31,230 nt of DNA from a virus (taxonomy: Duplodnaviria > Caudoviricetes). The notes under the pieces were generated by a model. That model searched no databases. It worked only from the letters and a program-made list of their open reading frames with translations, and was not told the DNA's origin. This document shows positions 8,927-17,849 of the stretch, one piece after another. The stretch covers positions 1 through 31,230 of IMG/VR virus record IMGVR_UViG_3300017766_001325, one strand, 5' to 3'. The stretch's first letter is position 1. Each line of letters opens with the position of its first letter. The position numbers and the translations under genes were made by a program.

Positions 8927-10002
8927 AAGGCGGCGACATTTACATCGACGTGCGAGCGAACTACTCCGCAATGGAGCGCGATCTCGTCGAGGCAGAGTCA
9001 AAGGCCGCCGCGTCAGCCGAAGGCGCGGCAAAGCAGTACGAGTCGAAGTTCGGCGCGTGGCTTCAGAGGAGCGCAGGAAGCGTCACGAAGAAGATCGAAG
9101 GCTTCCTCAATCCGATTCAACTCCTCGATCGAGTCGCGGATTTCGCGGAGCGAGCCGGAGAGGAGGGCATCGGCTCCGCGCTCGATGGCCTCGCGAAGTC
9201 GACTCCGATCATCGGCGCGGCATACCGAATCGGAACGGCGATCGGTACTTCGCTGATGAATGCCTTCGGCGCGGAGACGAATGAACAGTTCGCCGCGCGT
9301 GTCGAGCAGGAACTCGCAGACGCGCAGGCTCGAGCGGATCGTCAGCGCAAGATCGCGCAGGGACAAGAAGCAGAGGCTCGCCAGACTTTCGGGCTTGAGC
9401 AGGAGGCAGGCGCGGCAGAGTTCGAGGCTCAGATGCGCCAACTTGAGCGCACGGGCCAAGCGGAACGCGCAATCTTCCTTCGAGGCTTGAACGAAGAGGA
9501 GCGTCTCCAGACTGAAATGGAATTGCGAGTCGCCGATGCCGCGAACGAAGCGCAGGCTGACGCGATTCGTCGACTGTATGAAGCGAAGATCCAAGCAAAC
9601 GCTGACGAGACGCGCGACAAACTCGACAAGCAGAAGGCCGCAGACAAGGCCGCTGCCGAGGCTCGAATCGCAGAAGAGACTCGCGCGGCAGATGAGATCG
9701 CGAAGGCCGAGGCCGATGCGATCGCGAAGGCGCAACGTGAGCAGGAGAAGGCCGATCAGGAGGCCGCTCGCGCTCGCGAGAAAGCAAACGAAGATCAGGA
9801 GCGACGATTTGCGGAGGCTACGCGCCTCGAAGAAGAGCGGATCACGTCGCAGGCCGCAGGCATTCAAGGCGCGAATACTGCGCTCGGAACTTTCCGCTTC
9901 GATGCGTATCCGGACAATGACAAGCGTCGAAACGATGAGCGCATGGTTCGAGGCATCGAGACGCTCGTCGCGAACTCTGGAACTGGTGGAGGATTCGTCT
10001 GA
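8923..10002 (+). CDS. Tape measure protein (short)
   Basis: GDIYIDVRAN N-terminus, Ala/Glu-rich helical sequence, follows the chaperones. Confidence 0.8.
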   Translation: MKGGDIYIDVRANYSAMERDLVEAESKAAASAEGAAKQYESKFGAWLQRSAGSVTKKIEGFLNPIQLLDRVADFAERAGEEGIGSALDGLAKSTPIIGAAYRIGTAIGTSLMNAFGAETNEQFAARVEQELADAQARADRQRKIAQGQEAEARQTFGLEQEAGAAEFEAQMRQLERTGQAERAIFLRGLNEEERLQTEMELRVADAANEAQADAIRRLYEAKIQANADETRDKLDKQKAADKAAAEARIAEETRAADEIAKAEADAIAKAQREQEKADQEAARAREKANEDQERRFAEATRLEEERITSQAAGIQGANTALGTFRFDAYPDNDKRRNDERMVRGIETLVANSGTGGGFV

Positions 10003-10805
10003 TGGCTTTCGAGTTTGTCGAGTTGCAGGAGACGCGAGGATTCAGCGACAGCGGAGGCCGCGTCAGCGCGAGCCGAACTTTCCGTTGTTGGGACGATGCC
10101 GCTCCACTCACGTCGCCGAAGATGGTCAAGGATCATTTCGGAGTCGAGTTGCCGGACATCCGCGAAGAGTTTCCCGATGAGAAATTGATCTTCGCCACGG
10201 CCTTCTCGATCAAGCACATTGCCGAATCTCGCAATGTGTGGGAAGTGCAGTTCACCTACGAGAACACAGAGCCGGGAGACAAACTCCCGAATGAAGAAGG
10301 CTACATCCAGATCACGATCGACTATGCCGCGGAATTTCGAGATGCGTGGCGTTCTGGTGTGACGATTCCCGCGAATGGAACGCAGACTGGCCTTGATTGC
10401 GGAGGAACTCCGATCGACAAGGCCGGAGTGCCTCTCTCGATTCTCGTTCGCATGAGCGACATCACGATTACGGAAACCGTCTCTGCGGCGAGTTTCCCCG
10501 AGCGATCGCTAAAGATTCGGCAGGCGCGAGGCCGTCGCAATTCGACGATCTTCCAAGGCGCACCGATCGGACAAGTTCTCTATCTCGGCGCAAATGCATC
10601 GCGGATCGGCCTTGAGAAGTTCTCGATCACGCACAAGTTTCGACAGGATGAGTTTCAGCACATGATCCAAAGTGCGAGGAGAAATCAACTCAGCCAAGTG
10701 GATACTGTCGCAGACGCTCAAGGAATCTTCAGAGCAGGCAACGTCGATCTCGTTCAGCCTTTCCCGAACTTCGCAGACTTCAATCTTCTTTCGGAGAATT
10801 TCTAA
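10002..10805 (+). CDS. Putative tail tip / baseplate protein
   Basis: First gene after the tape measure, coupled start, typical codon usage. No family recognised. Confidence 0.55.
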   Translation: MAFEFVELQETRGFSDSGGRVSASRTFRCWDDAAPLTSPKMVKDHFGVELPDIREEFPDEKLIFATAFSIKHIAESRNVWEVQFTYENTEPGDKLPNEEGYIQITIDYAAEFRDAWRSGVTIPANGTQTGLDCGGTPIDKAGVPLSILVRMSDITITETVSAASFPERSLKIRQARGRRNSTIFQGAPIGQVLYLGANASRIGLEKFSITHKFRQDEFQHMIQSARRNQLSQVDTVADAQGIFRAGNVDLVQPFPNFADFNLLSENF

Positions 10806-11170
10806 TGGCTCGCGAGATCACGGTCAATCTCAAGATCTCAACTCTCAAGGGAGATCTCAATCACACAGAGAATCCCGGAACGCTCTTCGTCGATCTCGCG
10901 GGAACGACGGCAGTCGGTGGCGCGGCAACCGTGACGACGACAGCCGCCGCGCTCGCGATGGGAAGCGTTTCATCCGCAGGCTATGCGTACTTCAAGAACA
11001 CAGGCCCGACCAACTTCGTCGAGATCGGAACTGGAACTGGTGGATCGTTTGTCGCGTTCCTCAAGTTGAAAGCAGGAGAGGCCGCGATATGTAGGCTCGG
11101 AACAAACACCCCGACAGCCAGAGCCAATACGGCGAGCGTCGCGCTTCAATACTACATTCTGGCGGACTGA
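10805..11170 (+). CDS. Putative minor structural protein
   Basis: Ala/Thr/Gly-rich, YFKNTGPTNFV...LKAGE beta-sandwich pattern. Confidence 0.6.
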   Translation: MAREITVNLKISTLKGDLNHTENPGTLFVDLAGTTAVGGAATVTTTAAALAMGSVSSAGYAYFKNTGPTNFVEIGTGTGGSFVAFLKLKAGEAAICRLGTNTPTARANTASVALQYYILAD

Positions 11171-11892
11171 TGACGCTTCCAAAGTTCACCGCAGGCCAAG
11201 TCGGCAAACTCGAATTCCATCATCTCAACGAGGCGTTCGAGCGCATCGAGAGACTGGATGGGAATCCTGCGCTCGTCGCGGCATCCGGGCCAGTTCTTGG
11301 CCGGGTGATCCTTGTTCGGATCACGGGACAGAACGGAAGCGGAAACGCAATCAAGGGAAGTTTCCAAGAAGTCGCGCTCTCGGCTGTCGGTTCGAATTCA
11401 TACGTCGCCGTATCTGGCGGCGTTACTTCGGCAGTCTCGGGAGATACATACGGCGCACCGATCGTCTTTCCTTGCTCCGCAATCGGAACGATTGTTCCGG
11501 TGCTTGGACACATTGCTCATGATGGGAAACTCTATTTCCGAGAGTGCGCCGGAGTTTCTTCTGCCGCAGGAGTTCGCGCCGGACGAATCACAGCCTCAAC
11601 GCAGATCACGGCGAATACGAAATGGCTCTACACGCTGACCGACGTTCGAGTCAATACGCTCTCCGCAGGAACGTATACGGCAACCGGAGTCGGATCATTT
11701 CAGGCATTGAACGGATGCGAAGAAGCAGTCGATAGCGTGGCGAATCGAAACATCGGAGTCGGAACGATTCACGTCGTTGGATCGACTGCGACTCGTCAGC
11801 CGATCAAGAACAACACGATTGTCGTCTGCACAGAAACTCTCGGCGGATTCGTCTTCTCTGTACCGAATGGATATGCCTTCACTTGCACATGA
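11170..11892 (+). CDS. Putative tail tip/fibre protein
   Basis: Gly/Ser/Thr-rich, LNEAFERIE N-terminal helix, coupled genes. Confidence 0.55.
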   Translation: MTLPKFTAGQVGKLEFHHLNEAFERIERLDGNPALVAASGPVLGRVILVRITGQNGSGNAIKGSFQEVALSAVGSNSYVAVSGGVTSAVSGDTYGAPIVFPCSAIGTIVPVLGHIAHDGKLYFRECAGVSSAAGVRAGRITASTQITANTKWLYTLTDVRVNTLSAGTYTATGVGSFQALNGCEEAVDSVANRNIGVGTIHVVGSTATRQPIKNNTIVVCTETLGGFVFSVPNGYAFTCT

Positions 11893-12251
11893 GCGCGATA
11901 CCTTCAACCATCAACTCGATGACGCGCTTCAACGAACGAAGGCGAATTGTCTCCGCGCTCGCGAAGACATCGACTCTCGTCGTCTATGAAGTTCCGGCAG
12001 GAAAGACGCTTCGCATCGAGTCGATGAGCGTTTGCAATGTCGCGACGACGACGGCGACTTTCCGATTCCACGTTGTCGGAGCGAATGAATACATCGGATC
12101 TTCGAATGCGGTTTACTATGACAATCCGCTTCGAGGGAATGCCACACTCCTCGATGATTCGATTCGATATCTGAACGCCGGAGATCGGATCGCGATTCGA
12201 TCGGACACGGCGAGCGCGATCGTCGTCCAGATTCACGGAGTCGAAGAGTGA
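11889..12251 (+). CDS. Putative virion beta-sandwich protein
   Basis: VYEVPAGKT...VCNV...YLNAGDRI...IHGVEE pattern is common in phage structural proteins. Confidence 0.65.
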   Translation: MSAIPSTINSMTRFNERRRIVSALAKTSTLVVYEVPAGKTLRIESMSVCNVATTTATFRFHVVGANEYIGSSNAVYYDNPLRGNATLLDDSIRYLNAGDRIAIRSDTASAIVVQIHGVEE

Positions 12252-13243
12252 GCGTCGACGCGGCCTGCACCGCTTGTTGCTGTGGCGGATCTGTCTCGTG
12301 CTGCTTCCCTGACGCATCGAAGCCTATCGAGATCAACTATGTGACTCGAAAATCGACGTTCGCAGGCGCGACGGAAGTCGAGAGATATCTCGTTTCCGTT
12401 TCGATCACGACGACGATGATCCGGAATTCGATTCCGGGATCGCCATTCGTTGCATTCATGCAATCAAGTGGAGGCACTTTGCTCGCACGAGTTGAAAGTG
12501 TCGCGCTCGAGGGAAGAAGCCCGGTTCCCGGTGTCATCTGTCCGGGACAGCCAAATCCGTATGAGTGTCCTCCATGCAATTCCTTCGTGAATTGCAACTC
12601 ATATGACTGGGTCTATTCCGGCCCTCTTCCAAATGGATCGGTCGTCATCAACTGTATTGATCTCTGTCCTGCTCCACCGTCGACAGTCATACAGAGGCCT
12701 GCGTATAGGCTCGGCGTCTCGATCGGCTCGAATGTGCTTGGAACTCTCACAGAAAGAAATGGCAACAACGAGACATTCTCTCTTTGTGGGCCGGAGACGA
12801 TCACAAGCACTCCGAACGTGGCTTTGTTGAATGGATTCAATTTCCAAGTTTACGGATCGAGTGCTTGCCTTGATTCATCGACGTTCTCGAATGGCTACGC
12901 GACAGGCGGCGACCCGCTCGGAGGGAATGGTGTTCCATGCTCTTCGCATCCATGCTATGACCCGAACTTCTCGCTAGCATCGATCTGTCTGAACGGGAAT
13001 CCTATTCCCGCTTGTATGGGTTACTCCGTCTCTACTTGTCCCGAGTTGCGTTGCAATCCATTCGGAGGAGCAATCGCGGGAAATGCGTATGAATGCTTCG
13101 GTGTGGATTGCTTCGGAAATGGAATTTCCTTTGGATGGCAAGGATGCGATTCATTCCCCGGACAGACGGTGAACGAGGGAACTGCTTGTGAAATTTCGGT
13201 ACGCAACGAAGCCACAAAATCTTGCTCGGTGACCTATGGCTGA
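12248..13243 (+). CDS. Cysteine-rich hypothetical protein (tail-associated?)
   Basis: About 25 Cys in 331 aa with an N-terminal CTACCC...CC. DNA is AT-richer here. Confidence 0.7.
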   Translation: MSVDAACTACCCGGSVSCCFPDASKPIEINYVTRKSTFAGATEVERYLVSVSITTTMIRNSIPGSPFVAFMQSSGGTLLARVESVALEGRSPVPGVICPGQPNPYECPPCNSFVNCNSYDWVYSGPLPNGSVVINCIDLCPAPPSTVIQRPAYRLGVSIGSNVLGTLTERNGNNETFSLCGPETITSTPNVALLNGFNFQVYGSSACLDSSTFSNGYATGGDPLGGNGVPCSSHPCYDPNFSLASICLNGNPIPACMGYSVSTCPELRCNPFGGAIAGNAYECFGVDCFGNGISFGWQGCDSFPGQTVNEGTACEISVRNEATKSCSVTYG

Positions 13244-13505
13244 CGGTTGCTTCTTCCTTCGAATCAGCGGCGACATCTGCGAACATCCGATCCTCGCAGG
13301 CCCAACGAATCTAGAGAAGTGCGCGAGTTGCTCGAAGTATCGAGGCAGGCCGCGAGGCCTTGGCGACGTAGTTCACTCGATCACAACGGCGACGGGAATC
13401 GCGAAGGCCGTCGATACTGTGACTGGCGGCTGTGGAGGATGCGCCGCACGTCGCGCCGCGCTGAACGCGGCAGTTCCATTCTCCGATACTCCAAAGGAGA
13501 AATAG
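13236..13505 (+). CDS. Small Cys-rich protein (GLGD...CGGC..R...LN type)
   Basis: Contains C, CEH, CASC, RGLGDVV and GCGGCAARRAALN motifs. Confidence 0.75.
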   Translation: MADGCFFLRISGDICEHPILAGPTNLEKCASCSKYRGRPRGLGDVVHSITTATGIAKAVDTVTGGCGGCAARRAALNAAVPFSDTPKEK

Positions 13506-13506
13506 C

Positions 13507-14892
13507 ATGGCATTTACCTACACAGGCACGGATGGACTCTTCCCGCGACTCGGTGCGCTTGTCTACATGATGGATCAAGTTCGAGCGCATCAGAACAATC
13601 TGAAGACGCTCCTTGCCAACGTGCAGGCTGAGTACTCGTCGACTGATGCTTGGATGATCGACGTTCTTTCCGGCAATATCGAAGCGCGAATCGCGGAAGC
13701 GGGAAACGTTCTGAACGACGTACGCTCAGCGGCAGAGCGAACGATTCTTGAGATGTGCTTCGATGAAGCGAGCGATCCGGCGGCAACGAACACAATGGTT
13801 CGGAAGGACATCCGCGACGCTCTCATCTGGCTGATTCGTCAGATGGATGTCGACATTCAATCAATCGACGGAACGACGATTACGAAGTCAAGTCTGTCGG
13901 TCGGAGGATCGAACAACGGCAACGGAAAGTTTTACTACCTCTTCGAGGCTCCGAACATTCTCCTCGGATCGACTGCCGACTGGCCGAACATTCGCACGGA
14001 AGTTCTCGAAGCGCGATGCATTCAAGACGCAACGTCCGGCGCGATCTCGCGAGGCTCTGAGATCTTCGAGATTCGAGGACAGCCTTCGTACCAAGGCCTT
14101 GACTACCGATTCCCCGGCGGAAGTGGAACGCTCATGCGTTTGACGACTGCTTGCGCGAGCGTCGACAACGGAATCCCCGGACAGAACATCCTCCACAATT
14201 CCGACTTCGAGGATCAGACTTCGAATCTTTCTGATCGATTCACGGTCGTGAGCGGAGCAGCAGGCACAGAGTTTCTCACGGAGACGACGACGGCGAATGT
14301 CTTCCGAGGATCGAGCGCGATCAAACTCGCGGTCACGGGATCGACGTTCAATATCCGCCAGAGGCTCGCAGACTTCGACGGAACTCTCGGAAGGCTCACG
14401 CCGGATCGACCGTACATCCTCGCCGTCGCAATCAAGAAGGACACAACCGCAACCGGGACGCTCCGCCTCTCGGTGAAGGACGGATCAGGAAATATCATTG
14501 ACGGCGGAAGTTTCTTGTTCTCGCAATCAATCGCGGCGACAACGACTTCGTATGCGATCTACGCGACACAGTTGCGCTCTCCGCGCATCGTGCCAAGCGA
14601 GTTATACTTTCACATCGAGACGACGACGGCGATCGCGACGGATGCCGTCTACATCGACGAGATCGTTCTCGCCGAGATGATGCCGATCGCGAATGGTGGG
14701 CCTTCGCTCGCGATCGTTGCAGGCTCAACGAACTGGAGCGCAGACGACAACGCTCGATACACATTCACGAACAACGGCGAGGGCGCGTTTGCTACGGCGT
14801 TCGATCGCTTGTTCGATATGTACGGGAAGGGCCTCAGCCTTCCCGCGAACTATCTAGGAACCGAGACGATCGCTGATTCTCTGATCGCCTGA
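13507..14892 (+). CDS. Putative structural protein with C-terminal carbohydrate-binding-like jelly-roll
   Basis: AAAGGAG RBS. NILHNSDFED...VYIDEIVL bracket is typical of CBM4/9-like folds. Confidence 0.6.
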   Translation: MAFTYTGTDGLFPRLGALVYMMDQVRAHQNNLKTLLANVQAEYSSTDAWMIDVLSGNIEARIAEAGNVLNDVRSAAERTILEMCFDEASDPAATNTMVRKDIRDALIWLIRQMDVDIQSIDGTTITKSSLSVGGSNNGNGKFYYLFEAPNILLGSTADWPNIRTEVLEARCIQDATSGAISRGSEIFEIRGQPSYQGLDYRFPGGSGTLMRLTTACASVDNGIPGQNILHNSDFEDQTSNLSDRFTVVSGAAGTEFLTETTTANVFRGSSAIKLAVTGSTFNIRQRLADFDGTLGRLTPDRPYILAVAIKKDTTATGTLRLSVKDGSGNIIDGGSFLFSQSIAATTTSYAIYATQLRSPRIVPSELYFHIETTTAIATDAVYIDEIVLAEMMPIANGGPSLAIVAGSTNWSADDNARYTFTNNGEGAFATAFDRLFDMYGKGLSLPANYLGTETIADSLIA

Positions 14893-15139
14893 TGAGATCT
14901 CCGAGGATCGCTGCTCGCGCTTGCGCGACGAGGAAGCGAAGATCGTCTTCCTCGGCGAGATCGACGGCGAGTGTGTAGAGGTCGAGGGCTTCCCAAGTCG
15001 GAGAGAGGATCGAGCGGCATCGGAGCGCGGCTCGATCGGAGTTGCCTCGCGTGACCGCGAAGGAAAGCACCGTCTCGACGTGTGCTTGGACGCGACGAGA
15101 TTCGAGTTTGTGCAGGCCTCTCGGATTTTTTCTCGACAT
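14834..15139 (-). CDS. Hypothetical helical protein; the only credible minus-strand gene
   Basis: Minus-frame codons are genome-typical (GCC CTC GAC CTC TAC ... GCC GTC GAT CTC GCC GAG). Fills the gap between the late and early modules. Start is uncertain. Confidence 0.65.
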   Translation of the reverse strand: MSRKNPRGLHKLESRRVQAHVETVLSFAVTRGNSDRAALRCRSILSPTWEALDLYTLAVDLAEEDDLRFLVAQARAAILGDLIRRSENQRSSRFLDSSREG

Positions 15140-15162
15140 CTCCTCAAATCTTCCGATATAGT
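15133..15162 (+). promoter_or_regulatory. Sigma70-like early promoter
   Basis: TCGACA-18 bp-TATAGT, preceded by a T tract, upstream of the annealing-protein gene. Confidence 0.6.
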
Positions 15163-15187
15163 GTCCGCAAGCGGACACGGTGTCCGC
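15161..15187. repeat. Triple alternating 8-mer GTGTCCGC/GCGGACAC/GTGTCCGC (operator and/or leader hairpin)
   Basis: GTGTCCGC-AA-GCGGACAC-G-GTGTCCGC, read directly from the sequence. Confidence 0.75.
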
Positions 15188-15204
15188 AGAATTTGGAGAC
15201 ACAA

Positions 15205-16089
15205 ATGACAGCCATGATCGTATCGGAGGCCGCGAAGTCGGCCAGTGGTCAACTCGCAATTGCAGGCACGAAGGCACTCGAGGCCTACATCGCCGCAGGC
15301 GACATCGGAAGGTTGAATCCAGATCAGCGCATCGCGCTCTATCGCGCCGTCTGCGATTCGATGGGGTTGAATCCCCTCACGCAACCATTTCAGTATCTGA
15401 CCCTGAGCGGGAAGACCGTGCTCTATGCAACCAAGAGTTGCACCGAGCAGTTGCGCTCGATTCACGGAGTTTCGGTGCTTCGAATGGAGCGCGAGATCAT
15501 CGGCGACATCCTGACCGTCACAGTCGCCGTGACCGAGCGAACAGGCCGAGAAGACATTAGCACAGGATCGGTGAGCCTCGCCGGATTGAAAGGCGAGAAC
15601 TTGAGCAATGCGTACATGAAATGCGAAACGAAGGCAAAGCGTCGCGCGACCTTGAGCATCTGCGGCCTTGCCGTCCTCGATGAAACCGAGGTCGACTCGA
15701 TCGCCGGAGCGCAGGCCGTCTCGGTGCAGGAGTTCCACTCTGAGCCAAAGAAGGCCTTGAAGCCAACGAAGGAAGAGCGCAGGAAGGATCTCGACGAACT
15801 CACGAATCCGACTCCGATCGCGAATCGAGTCGCCGAGCCGGAGACGGTCGCCGAAGACTGCATCACGATCATGGCTAGAAGCCCGATCGGGGTAGTCGAA
15901 GGGAAGTCAGGCCGTCGCGTCTGGCGCATCGATCAGGAAGATCAGCCGATGCCGATCGCGGTTCTCTCCGAAGAGATCGCCTCGGGACTGGAAGCGAATC
16001 AGGCCTTCAGCGTGAATACGCGCGTCCGCGTCAAGCCTCGCGCGAATGGTGGCTTCGAGGTCGTCGAGATCATCGGAGACGCTCCATGA
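15205..16089 (+). CDS. RecT/Bet-like single-strand annealing protein
   Basis: Contains GLNPLTQPF and MKCETKAKRRATLSICGL...DETE. RBS GGAGACACAAATG. Confidence 0.7.
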   Translation: MTAMIVSEAAKSASGQLAIAGTKALEAYIAAGDIGRLNPDQRIALYRAVCDSMGLNPLTQPFQYLTLSGKTVLYATKSCTEQLRSIHGVSVLRMEREIIGDILTVTVAVTERTGREDISTGSVSLAGLKGENLSNAYMKCETKAKRRATLSICGLAVLDETEVDSIAGAQAVSVQEFHSEPKKALKPTKEERRKDLDELTNPTPIANRVAEPETVAEDCITIMARSPIGVVEGKSGRRVWRIDQEDQPMPIAVLSEEIASGLEANQAFSVNTRVRVKPRANGGFEVVEIIGDAP

Positions 16090-16445
16090 GTGGCGAGATC
16101 GTCGGCTCGGCGAGCCTTCGATCGCAGATCGGGATCGCGGCGGAAGATCCGAAGATTTTCCGTCCGATCTCGGTCGCGGAGGCTCTGGATGTCGCGCGAA
16201 TCATCAAGGCGGATACGTCGATCGAGGAGGACATCCGCGACGTGATCGAGGTCGGGATTCCGCTCGATCTGATGCCTGCTCATCTCACGCCGAGAAAGGA
16301 GATTCTCGCCGAGGCTCTCCGCGTCTCGGTACGCACGATCCGCCGGAGAGAACTTGCTTGGGAACTTTGCGACCAGAGGATTCGATTCGATCTCGTGCAT
16401 CGAGCGAGTCGGCTCGTCTTCGCGAATCGCGGATCGCGTCTCTGA
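16086..16445 (+). CDS. Putative HTH DNA-binding protein
   Basis: Contains EILAEALRVSVRTIRRRE. Confidence 0.6.
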   Translation: MSGEIVGSASLRSQIGIAAEDPKIFRPISVAEALDVARIIKADTSIEEDIRDVIEVGIPLDLMPAHLTPRKEILAEALRVSVRTIRRRELAWELCDQRIRFDLVHRASRLVFANRGSRL

Positions 16446-16455
16446 ATCACTCGTC

Positions 16456-16489
16456 GAGCCTGCCGTGAGAAGTTCGCGGCAGGCTTTTT
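16456..16489 (+). terminator. Rho-independent terminator
   Basis: GAGCCTGCCGTGA-gaagt-TCGCGGCAGGCTT followed by a T run. Confidence 0.8.
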
Positions 16490-16689
16490 CACAATCTTCG
16501 GAAATTTCCAAGTTTCCCCTCTTTACAAATCGAAATCCCTCCCCCCTAATAACCCCCCACCCGAGCAAAGCGAAACAGATACGCACTCGGTGTTCCGGCT
16601 CGACTCCTTGCGTGTAACTCCTTCTCTCTTCTCTTCTGTGAACCGGAAGCGGAGTACGTCGGACGTGATTCACGAGATAGGCCGCGAAA

Positions 16690-16723
16690 CTCTGGAAGGA
16701 TCCAGAGAAAGAGAGACACAATG
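16690..16723 (+). promoter_or_regulatory. ANGGA-loop leader hairpin plus RBS
   Basis: CTCTGG-AAGGAT-CCAGAG then AGAGACACAATG. Confidence 0.6.
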
Positions 16724-17338
16724 AAATCGAAATCGAACGGAATGACGCGCGAGGAACTCGCCGGATTTACTGCGCGAGCGAACAAGTATTTCAAAGGCGA
16801 AACCGATCGCGAACTCTGGTCGCTCGCGCTTCCGCGCATCGCGGAGGAATCCGCCGAAGTGGCGATGGCCGCGCTTGAGAACTACTCGATTCAATGGGGA
16901 GGGCCGCGAGCGCGTTTCCTCCCTGCGAAGTTCTTCGAGTTCCTTGCCGACGTGAAAGTTCGCCGTCTCGAACTGACGCAGCGCGAGGCTCGCGAGCGTG
17001 AAGCGCGGATGCGCTCGATCGCGGCGAGTCGAGACGCGGCAGTTTGTGAGGCCGACTGGCTCTCGCGACGGCGCGAGATCGAGACTGCGAATCCGCTCGA
17101 AGTCGGAGAAGCGGTCGACTACCTTCGATCGCTCGGGTGGGGGAATCCGCCGGAAGCATTTGGTGCATGGAGCCGACCGTGGATTCTCGCCGTCTCGGAT
17201 CTCGTCTGCCGGAGGACGCTGGCCGGATACGATCGGGATCGGCAGGGATTCGAGGATCGCGACCGGAATCCGCTCCGGCCAGTCTCGGCGGCGACTTTCT
17301 ACCGTGAGGCCGGAAAGGCCGCAGGACGGCTCTCCTAG
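16721..17338 (+). CDS. Hypothetical protein, possibly replication-associated (helicase loader-like N-terminus)
   Basis: Good ORF and leader. The W...AMAALENY...FLPAKF pattern is only weakly suggestive. Confidence 0.55.
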   Translation: MKSKSNGMTREELAGFTARANKYFKGETDRELWSLALPRIAEESAEVAMAALENYSIQWGGPRARFLPAKFFEFLADVKVRRLELTQREAREREARMRSIAASRDAAVCEADWLSRRREIETANPLEVGEAVDYLRSLGWGNPPEAFGAWSRPWILAVSDLVCRRTLAGYDRDRQGFEDRDRNPLRPVSAATFYREAGKAAGRLS

Positions 17339-17471
17339 GCGTTTGTCCCGTCCGGAGGCCTTCCGAGGCCTGTCGCACTCCGATGCCCGTACGGGCCATT
17401 TCCCGCTCTCTGGATATACAGAGTCCCGATAACCTAGAATCTTGAGGAAATTTCGGAAATGCTCAAGCGAT

Positions 17472-17502
17472 TTGCTTGCGCGAGCCGAAATCTCTGTATA
17501 CT
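17472..17502 (+). promoter_or_regulatory. Sigma70-like early promoter
   Basis: -10 TATACT at 17497-17502. TTGCTT or TTGCGC are -35 candidates with non-ideal spacing. AT-richer upstream. Confidence 0.5.
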
Positions 17503-17509
17503 CATCGCA

Positions 17510-17548
17510 TCGAGGCACGGAGCCTCGAACACAAAGGAGACACAAATG
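17510..17548 (+). promoter_or_regulatory. ANGGA-loop hairpin plus SD (CsrA-type dual site)
   Basis: TCGAGGC-ACGGA-GCCTCGA then ACACAAAGGAGACACAAATG. Confidence 0.7.
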
Positions 17549-17752
17549 TTCAGCAATTCAGCCGATGAAATCGAGTTCGTTCGCGAAATCCTCCTCTCGA
17601 ATCTTTGCAAGGTCGTTTCCGATTCTCGCCTGTCTGAATTCAAGTCTTTCACACTCGAAGGCACATTTAGAAATCCGGAATCAGTCACTCTCTATTCGGA
17701 TCGCAATCCTGATCTTTTCGATGATGGTTTGCTGATTCGCTTCACTCGCTGA
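17546..17752 (+). CDS. Small early hypothetical protein (68 aa)
   Basis: Strong RBS, AT-richer DNA, stop codon is part of the following repeat. Confidence 0.75.
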   Translation: MFSNSADEIEFVREILLSNLCKVVSDSRLSEFKSFTLEGTFRNPESVTLYSDRNPDLFDDGLLIRFTR

Positions 17753-17802
17753 ACGACTCGGATCGGAGGAGCCTCTTCGGAGGCTCCTCGAATCTGAGCC
17801 GT
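17750..17802 (+). repeat. 53-nt structured intergenic repeat, copy 1
   Basis: TGAACGACTCGGATCG-GAGGAGCCTC-TTCG-GAGGCTCCTC-GAATCTGAGCCGT. Confidence 0.85.
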
Positions 17803-17810
17803 GAGCCAGA

Positions 17811-17849
17811 CTCGCGAATGGATCGCGAGGAACAAAGGAGACACAAATG
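17811..17849 (+). promoter_or_regulatory. ANGGA-loop hairpin plus SD (CsrA-type dual site)
   Basis: CTCGCGA-ATGGA-TCGCGAG then GAACAAAGGAGACACAAATG. Confidence 0.7.

Noticed and set aside
12248-14892. Diversity-generating retroelement acting on tail genes
   Set aside because: No reverse transcriptase and no TR/VR repeat pair were seen.
14921-15208. Plus-strand 95-aa ORF and the upstream extension of ORF 15082
   Set aside because: It reads as the antisense shadow of the minus-strand gene and crosses the promoter. The real start is 15205, with a strong RBS.
17353-17397. Third copy of the 53-nt element (AGGCCT-TCCG-AGGCCT) and palindrome GCCCGTACGGGC
   Set aside because: Only the inner 6-bp stem resembles the element. 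The conserved flanks are absent, so it cannot be supported.
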